The notes below the pieces were generated by a model. The model worked only from the letters and a program-made list of their open reading frames with translations. It was not told the DNA's origin and did no database searches. The translations under genes were made by a program, and so were the position numbers. From the NCBI GenBank assembly GCA_013824755.1, contig PNOJ01000003.1, positions 1 through 57,551 on the forward strand: DNA of 57,551 bases. Direction: 5' to 3'. This document shows positions 39,255 to 47,773 of the stretch, one piece after another. How positions within the stretch are numbered: the first letter of the stretch is position 1; every line of letters starts with the position of its first letter. Origin of the DNA: Gemmatimonas sp. GTDB lineage: Bacteria; Krumholzibacteriota; Krumholzibacteriia; LZORAL124-64-63.

Positions 39255-40097
39255 TTGCATCCCGACACCCCCACGCCCGAACCCGGCTCCGGCCCGCCGG
39301 AGCGGCCGCTTCCCGGCTACGGCGGCTGGCACGGCTGGTCCACGCGACGGCTGGTCGTGCTGGCGTTCTCCCTGATGGCGTCCAACCTCGCCGCGCAGGT
39401 CCTCGTCTTCCAGCTGACCGACAACCTCTTCGCCGCCGCCGGCGCCGGCGCTGCGCTGACGATCCTGTTCGCCGCTGCCGCCACCCAGTCGCGCGGCGCC
39501 CCGCCGCAGGCCGCCTTCGACCTGTCCCGCCTGCCGGCGGCCGAGCACGTCCTGTGCGTGGCCATGGCCCTGGGCTCGCTGCTGCCCACCTCGCTGTTGG
39601 CCGGCCTGTCCTCGCGCCTGCACCCGCCGGGCCCCGAGTGGATCGCGATGTACAACAGCCACCTGCCCGACAGCGTCGCCGGCATCGCCCTGGCGGCCGT
39701 GGCGGTGGTGGTGGCCGCGCCCCTGGCCGAGGAGATGGTCTTCCGCGGTCTCGTCTACCGCCTCGGCCGGCGCGCGTGGGGACCGTGGCCGGCGGCCGTC
39801 GTCTCGGCGCTCGTCTTCGGCCTGGTCCACGGCGAGCCCTGGTACCTGTTCGGGCTGCTGGCGCTCGGCCTGCTGCTGGCGGCGGTCTACGAGCTGACCG
39901 GTTCGCTCTGGTCCTCCGTGATCGTCCACGCGGTCCACAACGCGGTGGCGCTGGCTCTGCTGGTGGCGCAGGGCGGCCTGGTCGCGGAGGAACCGCCGCC
40001 CACGCTGCTGGACTGGACCGGGGCCGCCGCCTCGCTCGCCGCTGTCGTCGGTATCGTCGCCCTGCTGCGACGCCGTGCCGCCGCGCGCCGAGCCTGA
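39255..40097 (+). CDS. CPBP (Abi/CAAX) family intramembrane protease
   Basis: Motifs EEMVFRG, FGLVH and HAVHN, with multiple TM helices. Confidence 0.88.
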   Translation: MHPDTPTPEPGSGPPERPLPGYGGWHGWSTRRLVVLAFSLMASNLAAQVLVFQLTDNLFAAAGAGAALTILFAAAATQSRGAPPQAAFDLSRLPAAEHVLCVAMALGSLLPTSLLAGLSSRLHPPGPEWIAMYNSHLPDSVAGIALAAVAVVVAAPLAEEMVFRGLVYRLGRRAWGPWPAAVVSALVFGLVHGEPWYLFGLLALGLLLAAVYELTGSLWSSVIVHAVHNAVALALLVAQGGLVAEEPPPTLLDWTGAAASLAAVVGIVALLRRRAAARRA

Positions 40098-40145
40098 ACC
40101 CTCGGTTATAACCACGACGGTAACCCTGCCCATATCCACGCTGCT

Positions 40146-40302
40146 GTTGCGACTTGGATCCACACATCTTGTGGTGACAGGGGTGTCCTGCAGGCCTTGG
40201 AGCCAGGATGGCGGAAAGGCCGGAAGGCCAAGCGAGTCGGGCACAGGAAGTGCCCGACGAGCGCCCCCTGTCACCACAAGATGTGTGGATCCAAGTCGCA
40301 AC
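40146..40302. repeat. Palindromic element copy 2 (38-bp perfect arms, 81-nt core), inverted relative to copy 1
   Basis: Arms 40146-40183 and 40265-40302 are exact reverse complements. The reverse complement of the core aligns with the copy 1 core. Confidence 0.92.
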
Positions 40303-40321
40303 CCCGCATGCGCAACGACCA

Positions 40322-41596
40322 TCAGGTCTTCTGCGGCTTCTGGCGTGCCGCCGGGAACAGCACGTTGTTCAGGATCAGGCGGTAGCCGGGCGAGGTCCGG
40401 TACAGGTCCAGGTCCGTCGGCGGATCGCCCACGGCGTGCTGGTAGTCCTCGGGATCGTGCCCGCCCAGGAACGTGAAGGTCCCCAGCCCCAGCTTGCCGT
40501 GCAGGTAGCGCACCTCGTCGGTCCCCTCGACCTCCGCCAGCACCAGGACCGAGCGCTTCAGGAAGCGGCGATGGAACCCCGTGGTCTGGCCCATGAAGCC
40601 GTTGACGACGTTGACGTGGCACTGGGTGAGCATCGTCGGCACCGGATCCTGCTTCGCCGCGAAGGAGAACAGCGTGAAGTAGTCGGCCTCGGGGCCGCGC
40701 AGGCCGGCGTAGTCGCTCGTGTCGAGGTCGGAGAACTCGTAGACCAGCGGGTTGGTCACCAGCGTGAAGCCGGTGAAGGCGAAGGTGCGGCCGTCGTCGC
40801 GGCGGCGCTCGCGGTCGGGGTCCAGCGGCGTGCCGTCGATCTCCGGCGGCACGATGTCGGTGCCCAGGTAGGCCAGCGCCAGGTCGACGGTGTCGGTCGC
40901 CGAGCACATCGCGAACAGGAAGCCGCCGCCCTCGACGTAGTCCCGGATGCGCAGCGCCACCGCCTGCTTGAGCCGCCACACCGCGCCGAAGCCGAGCTTC
41001 GCGGCCAGCTCCTCGTTCAGCGTCTGCTGCTCCAGGTACCACGGTTCGAGCCGGTAGGCGGCGAAGAACTTGCCGAACTGGCCGGTGAAGTCCTCGTGGT
41101 GCAGGTGGAGCCAGTCGTACTCCGCGAGCCGCCCGGCGAGGACCTCCGCGTCGAACACGGTGTCGTAGGGGATCTCTGCGTAGTCCATGGCCAGCGTCAC
41201 GGCGTCGTCCCAGGGCTGGAAGTTCGGCGGCACGTAGACCGCGATGCGCGGCGGCTTCTCCAGCAGCACCTCCTCCCGGTTGCCCTGCTGCATCTGCTCG
41301 CGGATCGCGGCCGCCCCGGCGTCATCGACCTCCACGCAGTCCACGCCGCGCAGGCGCGCGGCCAGGCGGACGCCGCCCACGTCGCGCATCAGGAAGCTGC
41401 CGCCGCGGTAGTTGAGCAGCCAGGTCACGCGCGCGCCGTCCTGCAGCGCCGAGAAGGCCAGGCCGTAGGCCTTCAGGTGGTTGGTCTGCTCCAGGTCCAT
41501 GGGCACCAGCAGCCACTGGGCGCGGGCGGTCGCGGCCGCGGCGCAGAGCAGCAAGGTGAGCAGGGCGGCGCGCAGGGCGGTTGTCGGCAGGTTCAC
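40322..41596 (-). CDS. Conserved secreted protein, class I glutamine amidotransferase-like fold (family often mislabelled asparagine synthetase B)
   Basis: Signal peptide; motifs HLKAYG, WDDAVTL, LHLHHEDFTGQ, FAMCSATD and GGHDPEDYQH. Confidence 0.75.
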   Translation of the reverse strand: MNLPTTALRAALLTLLLCAAAATARAQWLLVPMDLEQTNHLKAYGLAFSALQDGARVTWLLNYRGGSFLMRDVGGVRLAARLRGVDCVEVDDAGAAAIREQMQQGNREEVLLEKPPRIAVYVPPNFQPWDDAVTLAMDYAEIPYDTVFDAEVLAGRLAEYDWLHLHHEDFTGQFGKFFAAYRLEPWYLEQQTLNEELAAKLGFGAVWRLKQAVALRIRDYVEGGGFLFAMCSATDTVDLALAYLGTDIVPPEIDGTPLDPDRERRRDDGRTFAFTGFTLVTNPLVYEFSDLDTSDYAGLRGPEADYFTLFSFAAKQDPVPTMLTQCHVNVVNGFMGQTTGFHRRFLKRSVLVLAEVEGTDEVRYLHGKLGLGTFTFLGGHDPEDYQHAVGDPPTDLDLYRTSPGYRLILNNVLFPAARQKPQKT

Positions 41597-43533
41597 GGCG
41601 AACTCCTGAGCTTGAGCCGGGCGTCCTCGGCCTCCAGGGCGTCGGGGTACTGCAGCAGCAGCCGCTCCCAGGCGGCGCGGCCGTCGGGCTCGCGGTGGGC
41701 CGCGACCAGCGCCTCTCCTTCCCGCAGCAGCGCCCGCGGCGCGAGCGGACCGGACGGGTGGTCCGTCGCGACGAGCCGGCACTGGTCCGCCGCGCCTTCC
41801 GCGTCGCCGGCGCGCAGCAGCACCTCCGCCAGCTCCAGCCGCGCGCGGTCCAGCAGGCGGTCCTGGTCGGCGCCGCTCGCCGCGCCGCGCACGAAGGACT
41901 CGAGCGCGGCGCGGCGGGCCGCGTCGTCGCGGACCAGGGCCGCCGCGACCGCCGGCGCGTAGGCGGCGAGGCGCGACGGGCCGCCCGTGGGCTGCATGAG
42001 CTCCTCGGCGATGAGCAGCCCGAGGTCGAGCGCGTCGTTGGCCACGTCACTGGCGGATCCGTCCAGGGCGACCGAGGCGAGCCGGTCGCGGGCCGTCTCC
42101 CAGCCGCCCTGCGCGAAGTCCAGCAGGGCCAGCAGGTAGTGGGCGCGGCCCGCGGCGTCGCGGAACTGCGGGCTGCGGCCCAGGCGCGTCAGGACCGTCC
42201 GGGCCCGCGCCGTGTCGCCCGCCGCGAAGCAGGCCTCGCCCAGCGCGAGGCGGGCGAGCGCCACGCCTTCCAGCGGCAGGTCCAGGTCGACCAGCAGGCG
42301 TTCCAGCGACGCGGCCGCCTCCGCCGGCCGTCCCAGCACGTCGCGCGTGTACGCCGCCAGCCGGATGCGTGCGGAGTAGAGCCGGCTCGAACCCGGGCTG
42401 CGCTCGCGCACCAGCACCAGGATGGAGTCCAGGCGGCGGGCCACGGCATCCAGGTCCGGACCGGCGGCTTCGAAGGCCAGCACGTCCTCGCAGACGCCGG
42501 CCAGCAGGTCGAGCACCCGCAGCTGCTGGCCTCGCGGCACCGACGACGAGCCGGCCAGGGTCTCGAGCGTCGCGATCAGCCAGGAGGCGGCGGCCCGGCG
42601 CACCTCGGGCTCCGGCTCCAGCGGCAGCTCCTTCGCCAGGATGCCGGCCGCGTGCAAGAGGACCTGCGCGCCGGCGGGTTCGGCGGCGAGATCGGCGGTC
42701 GCCGCCGCGGCCGCGTCGGCGCGCCCGAGCCGCAACAGCAGATCGGCGCGCAGCAGGCGGGCGGCCGGCACGTCCCGGTCCAGCTCCGCCAGGGCCGCGA
42801 CGGCCCGTTCGCGTTGCGCCCGACCGGCCAGCAGCCCGAGCATCTCGTCGCGGACCAGCGGCAGGTTCAGCGGGTTGACCTTGAGTTCGTCCGCCGCCTC
42901 GGCCATGCCCGCCTCGATCCGGTCCAGCTCGACGAGGCAGGCGGCGGCCTGACGCTGGAAGATGCGCGGGTCGCCGTGGGCGGCGCGCAGCGAGTCGCAG
43001 AGGGCGAACGCTTCGTCAGGGCGGCCGTGGGCGCGCCACAGGCCGATCGCGTCGGCGACGCTCGTGATGCGGTTGGGGCTGGCGTCGAACAGGGTCGCGA
43101 GCGTGGCGCGCGCCTCGGGCAGCCGGCCCAGGGCCATCTCGGCCTCGGCCAGCGCACGCAGCAGGCGCAGCTGTCCGGGCCGCTCACGCAACCCCTCGCG
43201 GCAGAGATCGGCCGCGCGGGCGTCGTCCCCCGAGCCCTGGGCCAGGGCGACCCAGCGCGTCAGCGTCTCGGCACGCGGGGCGCCGAGCTTCTCGGCCTCC
43301 TCCAGCATCGTCGCGGCGCGGCCGAAGCTCTCCAGCCGGATCAGGTGATCGACCTCCAGCAGGCGCGTGCGCCACGGCTGGAATTCGGACGCGGGCGCCC
43401 GGCCGCGCAGCAGGCGCTCGATGACCGGCGGCTCCTGGGCATCGGCCGCCGGCGAGCGGCCGGGACAGGCGACCACGGCCAGGGCCGCGAAGCAGACGGC
43501 GGCGCGAACGCCGGCGGTGCGGCGCGCGATCAT
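41593..43533 (-). CDS. Secreted tetratricopeptide-repeat protein
   Basis: Signal peptide and helical repeats ending LLQYP....AEDAR. GTGA/ATGA overlaps with both neighbours. Confidence 0.78.
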   Translation of the reverse strand: MIARRTAGVRAAVCFAALAVVACPGRSPAADAQEPPVIERLLRGRAPASEFQPWRTRLLEVDHLIRLESFGRAATMLEEAEKLGAPRAETLTRWVALAQGSGDDARAADLCREGLRERPGQLRLLRALAEAEMALGRLPEARATLATLFDASPNRITSVADAIGLWRAHGRPDEAFALCDSLRAAHGDPRIFQRQAAACLVELDRIEAGMAEAADELKVNPLNLPLVRDEMLGLLAGRAQRERAVAALAELDRDVPAARLLRADLLLRLGRADAAAAATADLAAEPAGAQVLLHAAGILAKELPLEPEPEVRRAAASWLIATLETLAGSSSVPRGQQLRVLDLLAGVCEDVLAFEAAGPDLDAVARRLDSILVLVRERSPGSSRLYSARIRLAAYTRDVLGRPAEAAASLERLLVDLDLPLEGVALARLALGEACFAAGDTARARTVLTRLGRSPQFRDAAGRAHYLLALLDFAQGGWETARDRLASVALDGSASDVANDALDLGLLIAEELMQPTGGPSRLAAYAPAVAAALVRDDAARRAALESFVRGAASGADQDRLLDRARLELAEVLLRAGDAEGAADQCRLVATDHPSGPLAPRALLREGEALVAAHREPDGRAAWERLLLQYPDALEAEDARLKLRSSP

Positions 43534-46500
43534 GGGCGGGCCTCCGCGGCGGCGCCGCCCGTTCCGCGCGGCGCGTCGAGCTCCTGCAGCGTCTCGAAGT
43601 AGCGGCGGACCAGGTCGCGGTACTCCGCCGGCACCCGGTCGAGCTGCTCGGCCCGCAGGCGCCAGGGCGCGAGCGGCGCCGACGCCGGCTCCCCGCCGTC
43701 GCTCCCCTGCTGGCGGCCCGACACCTCGGCGGCCGCGCGGCTCTCCCGCCGCCGGCCGAAGTCGCGCTTGCGCACGGAATTCCTGGCGTCGAGCATGCGG
43801 CCGAGGATCCGCTCCTGCCGCTCCAGCGTCTGCTCGTCGATCTCCCCGGCGGCGAGCGAGGCGGCGACCCCCTCGAGGTCCCGGGCCAGCTCGCGCAGGT
43901 CGCCCAGGATCCGTTCGCCTTCGGGCGAGCCGCGCTGCTGCTCGGCGGCCTCGCCCATGCCGCGGGCCACGCCCTGCTGGTCCGACTGCAGGCGCTGCAT
44001 CTGCGACCGCGCCTGCTGGCTCATCCCCCGCTCGCCCAGCTGGCGGCGCAGCTGCTCGGTCAGGCCGTTGAGGCCGGCCTGCTCGCGCGCCATCTGTTCC
44101 AGCTGGCGGCTGAGCGACGGCATCGGCATCGACATCGCGCCCCCGCCGCCGCCGCCCGCCATCTGGGCGCTGGTCAACAGGTTCATCACCAGCTGGTTGA
44201 TCTGGCCGAGGCTGCCGCGCGCGCCCGCGCGCGCCGGCTGCCCCCAGCCGGCGTCGAGCGCCGTGACGGTCGGCTGCATGCCCTCCACCAGCTTGTCCAG
44301 CTCTTGCAGCATGCGGAAGGGGATCGCGCCGGAGGAACCGAGCGCCGTCTCGAGCCGGCCGCGCAGGGCCGCCGTCGCGCGCAGCAGGCGCTTCTGGTCG
44401 CGGGCCAGCTGGGGGGCGCGCACGTCGCGCAGGTCGGCGGGGATCGCGGTCGCCAGCAGCTCCTGGCGGCGCGAGATCTCCAGCAGGTCGAAGGCGAGCC
44501 GCCGCATCGCCTCGCCGGCGAAGTTCTGCATGGCCATCTGCATGGCCTGTTGCCCCTGCAGCAGCACGTTGTAGAGCGACGCCAGCCGCCGCATCGCCTC
44601 CTGCTGCGACGCCGCGCTCTGCGGCGCCTGGTCGCCCGACTTCAGCGAACCCGCGGCCTGCTCCAGGGCCGCCTCGAGGTCGCCCTTCTCGAGCTCCGCC
44701 AGCGCTGCCTCGAGCGCCTCGCGCATGGCCTCGGCGGACGGCGGTTCGTCCGTTGACGGCTCGCCGGTCTGCGGCTCGCTCGACTGCGGCTCGCCCGCCG
44801 GCGGTGTCGCCGCCAGCTCCGCGAGCGCCTCGCGCAGCTGCTGTTCCAGCTCGCGGACCGCCTCGGACAGGGCCTCCTGGCGCGCCGCCGCCTCGGCGTC
44901 GCGCTCGCCCTCCATCAGCTGCGACTGCTCGCGCATCAGCTGTTCGAGCTGCGCGGTGAGCGCCGCCATCTCCTGCTCGCGCTTCATCTGCTCGAGCAGC
45001 GACGCGGCGCGTTCCAGGCGGTCCAGGAACTCCTGCTGGCGCCGGGCCACGTCCGCCACCGCCTCCTGGACGTCGCGCTCCTCCAGCCGCGCCATGGCGT
45101 CCTGCAGCTGGTCGCGCAGGCGGTCGAGGTTCTCGTCGCGGATCTCGTCCATCAGCGCGGCCACCTGGTCCAGCCGCTCGACCAGCTCGACCGAGGCGAG
45201 GTTGCTCGCGGCCAGCCGGTCCAGGTCCCGGTGCAGGCGGTCGGTCAGGTCCTCGAGCCCCGACTGCAGGTCCTGCTGGCGCGCCAGCGCCTCGTCGATC
45301 TCCTGACGGCGCGCGAAGTCGGGCAGGGGGTCCTTCTTCAGCTCGCGCTCCAGCCGCGCGAGCTCGTCGCGCAGGTCGCCGCCCCGGCGCCGCAGGTCGG
45401 CCAGGTCCTCGAGGCGCTGCTGCTCGCCCTGCTGGTGGTCGGCCAGCAGCTCGGCCGCCGAGGGCAGCGTGAAGCGCAGGACGCGCGAGCGGCCGCGGCC
45501 GGGCGCGCCCGGCCGCCGGTTGTCGGCGGCCTCGAGCTGGAGCGCCAGCGTCTGGCCGGGCACGAACTCCAGCTGCGACACGTCCAGGTGCAGGGAGGCG
45601 CCCAGCCGTCCGGGAGCCGGGTCGGCGGCGGGGTCCGCGGCCAGGCCGGCGACGCCGCCCTCCAGCTCGGCGCGGACCGGCGCGGCCAGCGCGGCCGGGA
45701 CCGGCAGGCGGATCCAGGCCGTGTCCTGCGGCGCCTCGGGATCCTCCCGCCTCAGCAGCAGGTCCAGCCCCGCGATCCCGTAGTCGTCCTCGGCGCGGGC
45801 CGCGAGCTCCAGCCGCCCGTCGCCCGGCAGGTCGGTCCCGCCGTCCGGCCGCGTCAGCTCGGCGACGGGCGCGCGGTCCGCGAGCGCCGCGATCTCGTAG
45901 GGCGCGTCGGACAGGCCGCCCAGGCCGGCGGCGTCCCGCAGGCGCAGGCGCCAGCTCAGCGGTCCGGTCACCGTCAACCCGCCGTGGAACTCGTCGCCGT
46001 CGACGCTCCACGCCGTCGAGTCCCCCGCGGCGGTCACCATCGCGGCCTGCGCGAGATCGTGGTTCGCGCGGCCGCGCCACTCCAGGCGGCTGCCGGTCGG
46101 GACCTCGAGGCGCGTCGGCGCCTGCGGGTGCCGCGACGCCGGCAGGCCGGTGTACGACGGCGGGGTCACCGACAGCGACAGCATCAACGGCAGCGGCGGG
46201 TGCAGGACGCGCAGGCGGCCCTCGGCGGTCGTGAACGGGCCGCGCCGGAAGCGGTACACCAGGTCGTCGCGCGCGTCCGCCAGCCGCGCCGCGAAGCGGC
46301 GGCCGGGCGCCGGCGTCGTCGCGGGCTCGAGCTCGGCGGCCAGCGTGCGCCAGGCGCCGTGCTCGCTGCGCACCTCGCAGGCGACCGGCAGGACCGAGCT
46401 GCCGAAGTCGACGGCGGCCAGGCGCGCGTCGGCGCCGCCGACGACCCGGACCTCGGCCGTCTCCAGGAAGAGTCCGGAAGCGGACGGCGTGCCGGGACCG

Positions 46501-47069
46501 GACAGCGGCCGCGCGAGCCGTTGCGCGCCGCGTTCCAGCACCGGTCCGGTCAGCACGCAGCCCAGCGACACCGCGGCGGCGACCAGCAGGCAGCGCCCTG
46601 CCGCGACGCGCAGCGGCGGCAGTCCCGGCGCGCGGGCCGGATCCAGAACGGCGAGGTCGCGTCCGGCGGCCGCGACGACCCGGCCCGCCAGCTCCGCCGC
46701 CAGCGGCGACGCCCGCCAGCGATCGGGCCGGCGCGTGGCCTCCTCGGCCGCCACCAGGCGGTTGCCGCAGCCGGCGGCGCGGTCGACGCGGCCGCAGAAG
46801 CGCGCGAGGCCGCCCAGGTCCGCCAGGGGCGCGACCACCAGGTCCGCGATCAACCACGCGCAGCCCAACCACCAGACGACGGCGGCCGCGACCCTCGCGA
46901 GCGCCGGCGCCTCCGCGGGCCAGCCCAGCAGCAGCGCGCACCACGCGGTCAGCAGCGCGATCCCGGCCGTCGCCTGCGCCGCCCCCCGCCCGAGCGCGTG
47001 ACGACGCGCGCGGCGCAGCAGGCGTCGCGCGTCGTCGCGGAAGCGCAGAGCGGGATCGCGCTCGGTCAC
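43530..47069 (-). CDS. DUF4175-like membrane protein with long coiled coil
   Basis: N-terminal TM helices, PPSYTG, DDYGI and A.DN, Q/E-rich coiled coil, RQERILGRMLDA and VPAEYRDLVRRYF. Confidence 0.8.
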   Translation of the reverse strand: MTERDPALRFRDDARRLLRRARRHALGRGAAQATAGIALLTAWCALLLGWPAEAPALARVAAAVVWWLGCAWLIADLVVAPLADLGGLARFCGRVDRAAGCGNRLVAAEEATRRPDRWRASPLAAELAGRVVAAAGRDLAVLDPARAPGLPPLRVAAGRCLLVAAAVSLGCVLTGPVLERGAQRLARPLSGPGTPSASGLFLETAEVRVVGGADARLAAVDFGSSVLPVACEVRSEHGAWRTLAAELEPATTPAPGRRFAARLADARDDLVYRFRRGPFTTAEGRLRVLHPPLPLMLSLSVTPPSYTGLPASRHPQAPTRLEVPTGSRLEWRGRANHDLAQAAMVTAAGDSTAWSVDGDEFHGGLTVTGPLSWRLRLRDAAGLGGLSDAPYEIAALADRAPVAELTRPDGGTDLPGDGRLELAARAEDDYGIAGLDLLLRREDPEAPQDTAWIRLPVPAALAAPVRAELEGGVAGLAADPAADPAPGRLGASLHLDVSQLEFVPGQTLALQLEAADNRRPGAPGRGRSRVLRFTLPSAAELLADHQQGEQQRLEDLADLRRRGGDLRDELARLERELKKDPLPDFARRQEIDEALARQQDLQSGLEDLTDRLHRDLDRLAASNLASVELVERLDQVAALMDEIRDENLDRLRDQLQDAMARLEERDVQEAVADVARRQQEFLDRLERAASLLEQMKREQEMAALTAQLEQLMREQSQLMEGERDAEAAARQEALSEAVRELEQQLREALAELAATPPAGEPQSSEPQTGEPSTDEPPSAEAMREALEAALAELEKGDLEAALEQAAGSLKSGDQAPQSAASQQEAMRRLASLYNVLLQGQQAMQMAMQNFAGEAMRRLAFDLLEISRRQELLATAIPADLRDVRAPQLARDQKRLLRATAALRGRLETALGSSGAIPFRMLQELDKLVEGMQPTVTALDAGWGQPARAGARGSLGQINQLVMNLLTSAQMAGGGGGGAMSMPMPSLSRQLEQMAREQAGLNGLTEQLRRQLGERGMSQQARSQMQRLQSDQQGVARGMGEAAEQQRGSPEGERILGDLRELARDLEGVAASLAAGEIDEQTLERQERILGRMLDARNSVRKRDFGRRRESRAAAEVSGRQQGSDGGEPASAPLAPWRLRAEQLDRVPAEYRDLVRRYFETLQELDAPRGTGGAAAEARP

Positions 47070-47079
47070 GGGTCGCCTT

Positions 47080-47745
47080 TCAGGGTCGGGTCAGGGCGTA
47101 GGTCAGGATGTTGACGGCCATGCGGACCGCCGCTTCGCGCGCCTCGGGCGGGTCGCCGTGGACCTGCGCGTCCTCCAGCCCGTCGCCGATGTCGCTCGAC
47201 CACGAGTAGAACACGACCAGCCGGCCCTCGCGCTCGATGCCGAAGCCCTGCGCCGGCGCGCCGTCGTGCTCGTGGATCTTGGGCAGTCCCGGCAGGTCGT
47301 AGAAGCTGTGGTAGATCGGGTGCTCCGAGCCCAGCGGGCGCAGGGGCGTCTCCGGGTAGACGCGGGCCATCAGCGCCCGGAACGCGGGGTCGAGGCCGTA
47401 GTTGTCGTTGGCGTAGAGGAAGCCGCCCGCGTCCAGATAGCGGCGCAATTCGCGCACCTCGCGGTCGCTCAGCTCGATGCCGCCGTGGCCGACGAGGTAG
47501 AGCAGCGGGTAGCGGTACAGGTCCTCGCTGTCCATCGTCACGGTCGCGGGCGCGTCGGCCGTCGCGACGCCGGTGCGCGCCGCGAACGCGCCCAACCAGT
47601 TCGGCAGGGAGCTGGGGTCGCAGTACCAGTCGCCGCCCGCGTACTGCAGGCGCGCCACGGTGACGGGCGCCGCGGCGCCCGGCGCCGACGCGGTCAGCGA
47701 CGAGACGACCGTGACCCACGCTGCGATCCTCGACAGGCGGCTCAC
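47080..47745 (-). CDS. DUF4159 domain protein
   Basis: Motifs GGDWY.DP, YP.LYL.GHG, GGFL..DNYG, LPKIHEHD and DIGDG.ED. Confidence 0.85.
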   Translation of the reverse strand: MSRLSRIAAWVTVVSSLTASAPGAAAPVTVARLQYAGGDWYCDPSSLPNWLGAFAARTGVATADAPATVTMDSEDLYRYPLLYLVGHGGIELSDREVRELRRYLDAGGFLYANDNYGLDPAFRALMARVYPETPLRPLGSEHPIYHSFYDLPGLPKIHEHDGAPAQGFGIEREGRLVVFYSWSSDIGDGLEDAQVHGDPPEAREAAVRMAVNILTYALTRP

Positions 47746-47773
47746 GTCGCCCTCCGTTCCGATGTTCCGTGCT

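Noticed and set aside
40159-40175. NrdR-box-like CCACACATCTTGTGG in copy 2
   Set aside because: One base short of the consensus spacing, located between convergent genes, and no nrd gene nearby.
24399-40302. The palindromic elements as CRISPR repeats, TIGR arrays, retron msr-msd or integron attC sites
   Set aside because: They are not tandem and no cas, reverse transcriptase or integrase gene is nearby. The ends of copy 2 run GTT...AAC, the reverse of attC order.
44738-44796. Short imperfect 15-nt repeats encoding EPQSS/EPQTG/EPSTD
   Set aside because: An ordinary low-complexity linker inside the DUF4175-like protein.
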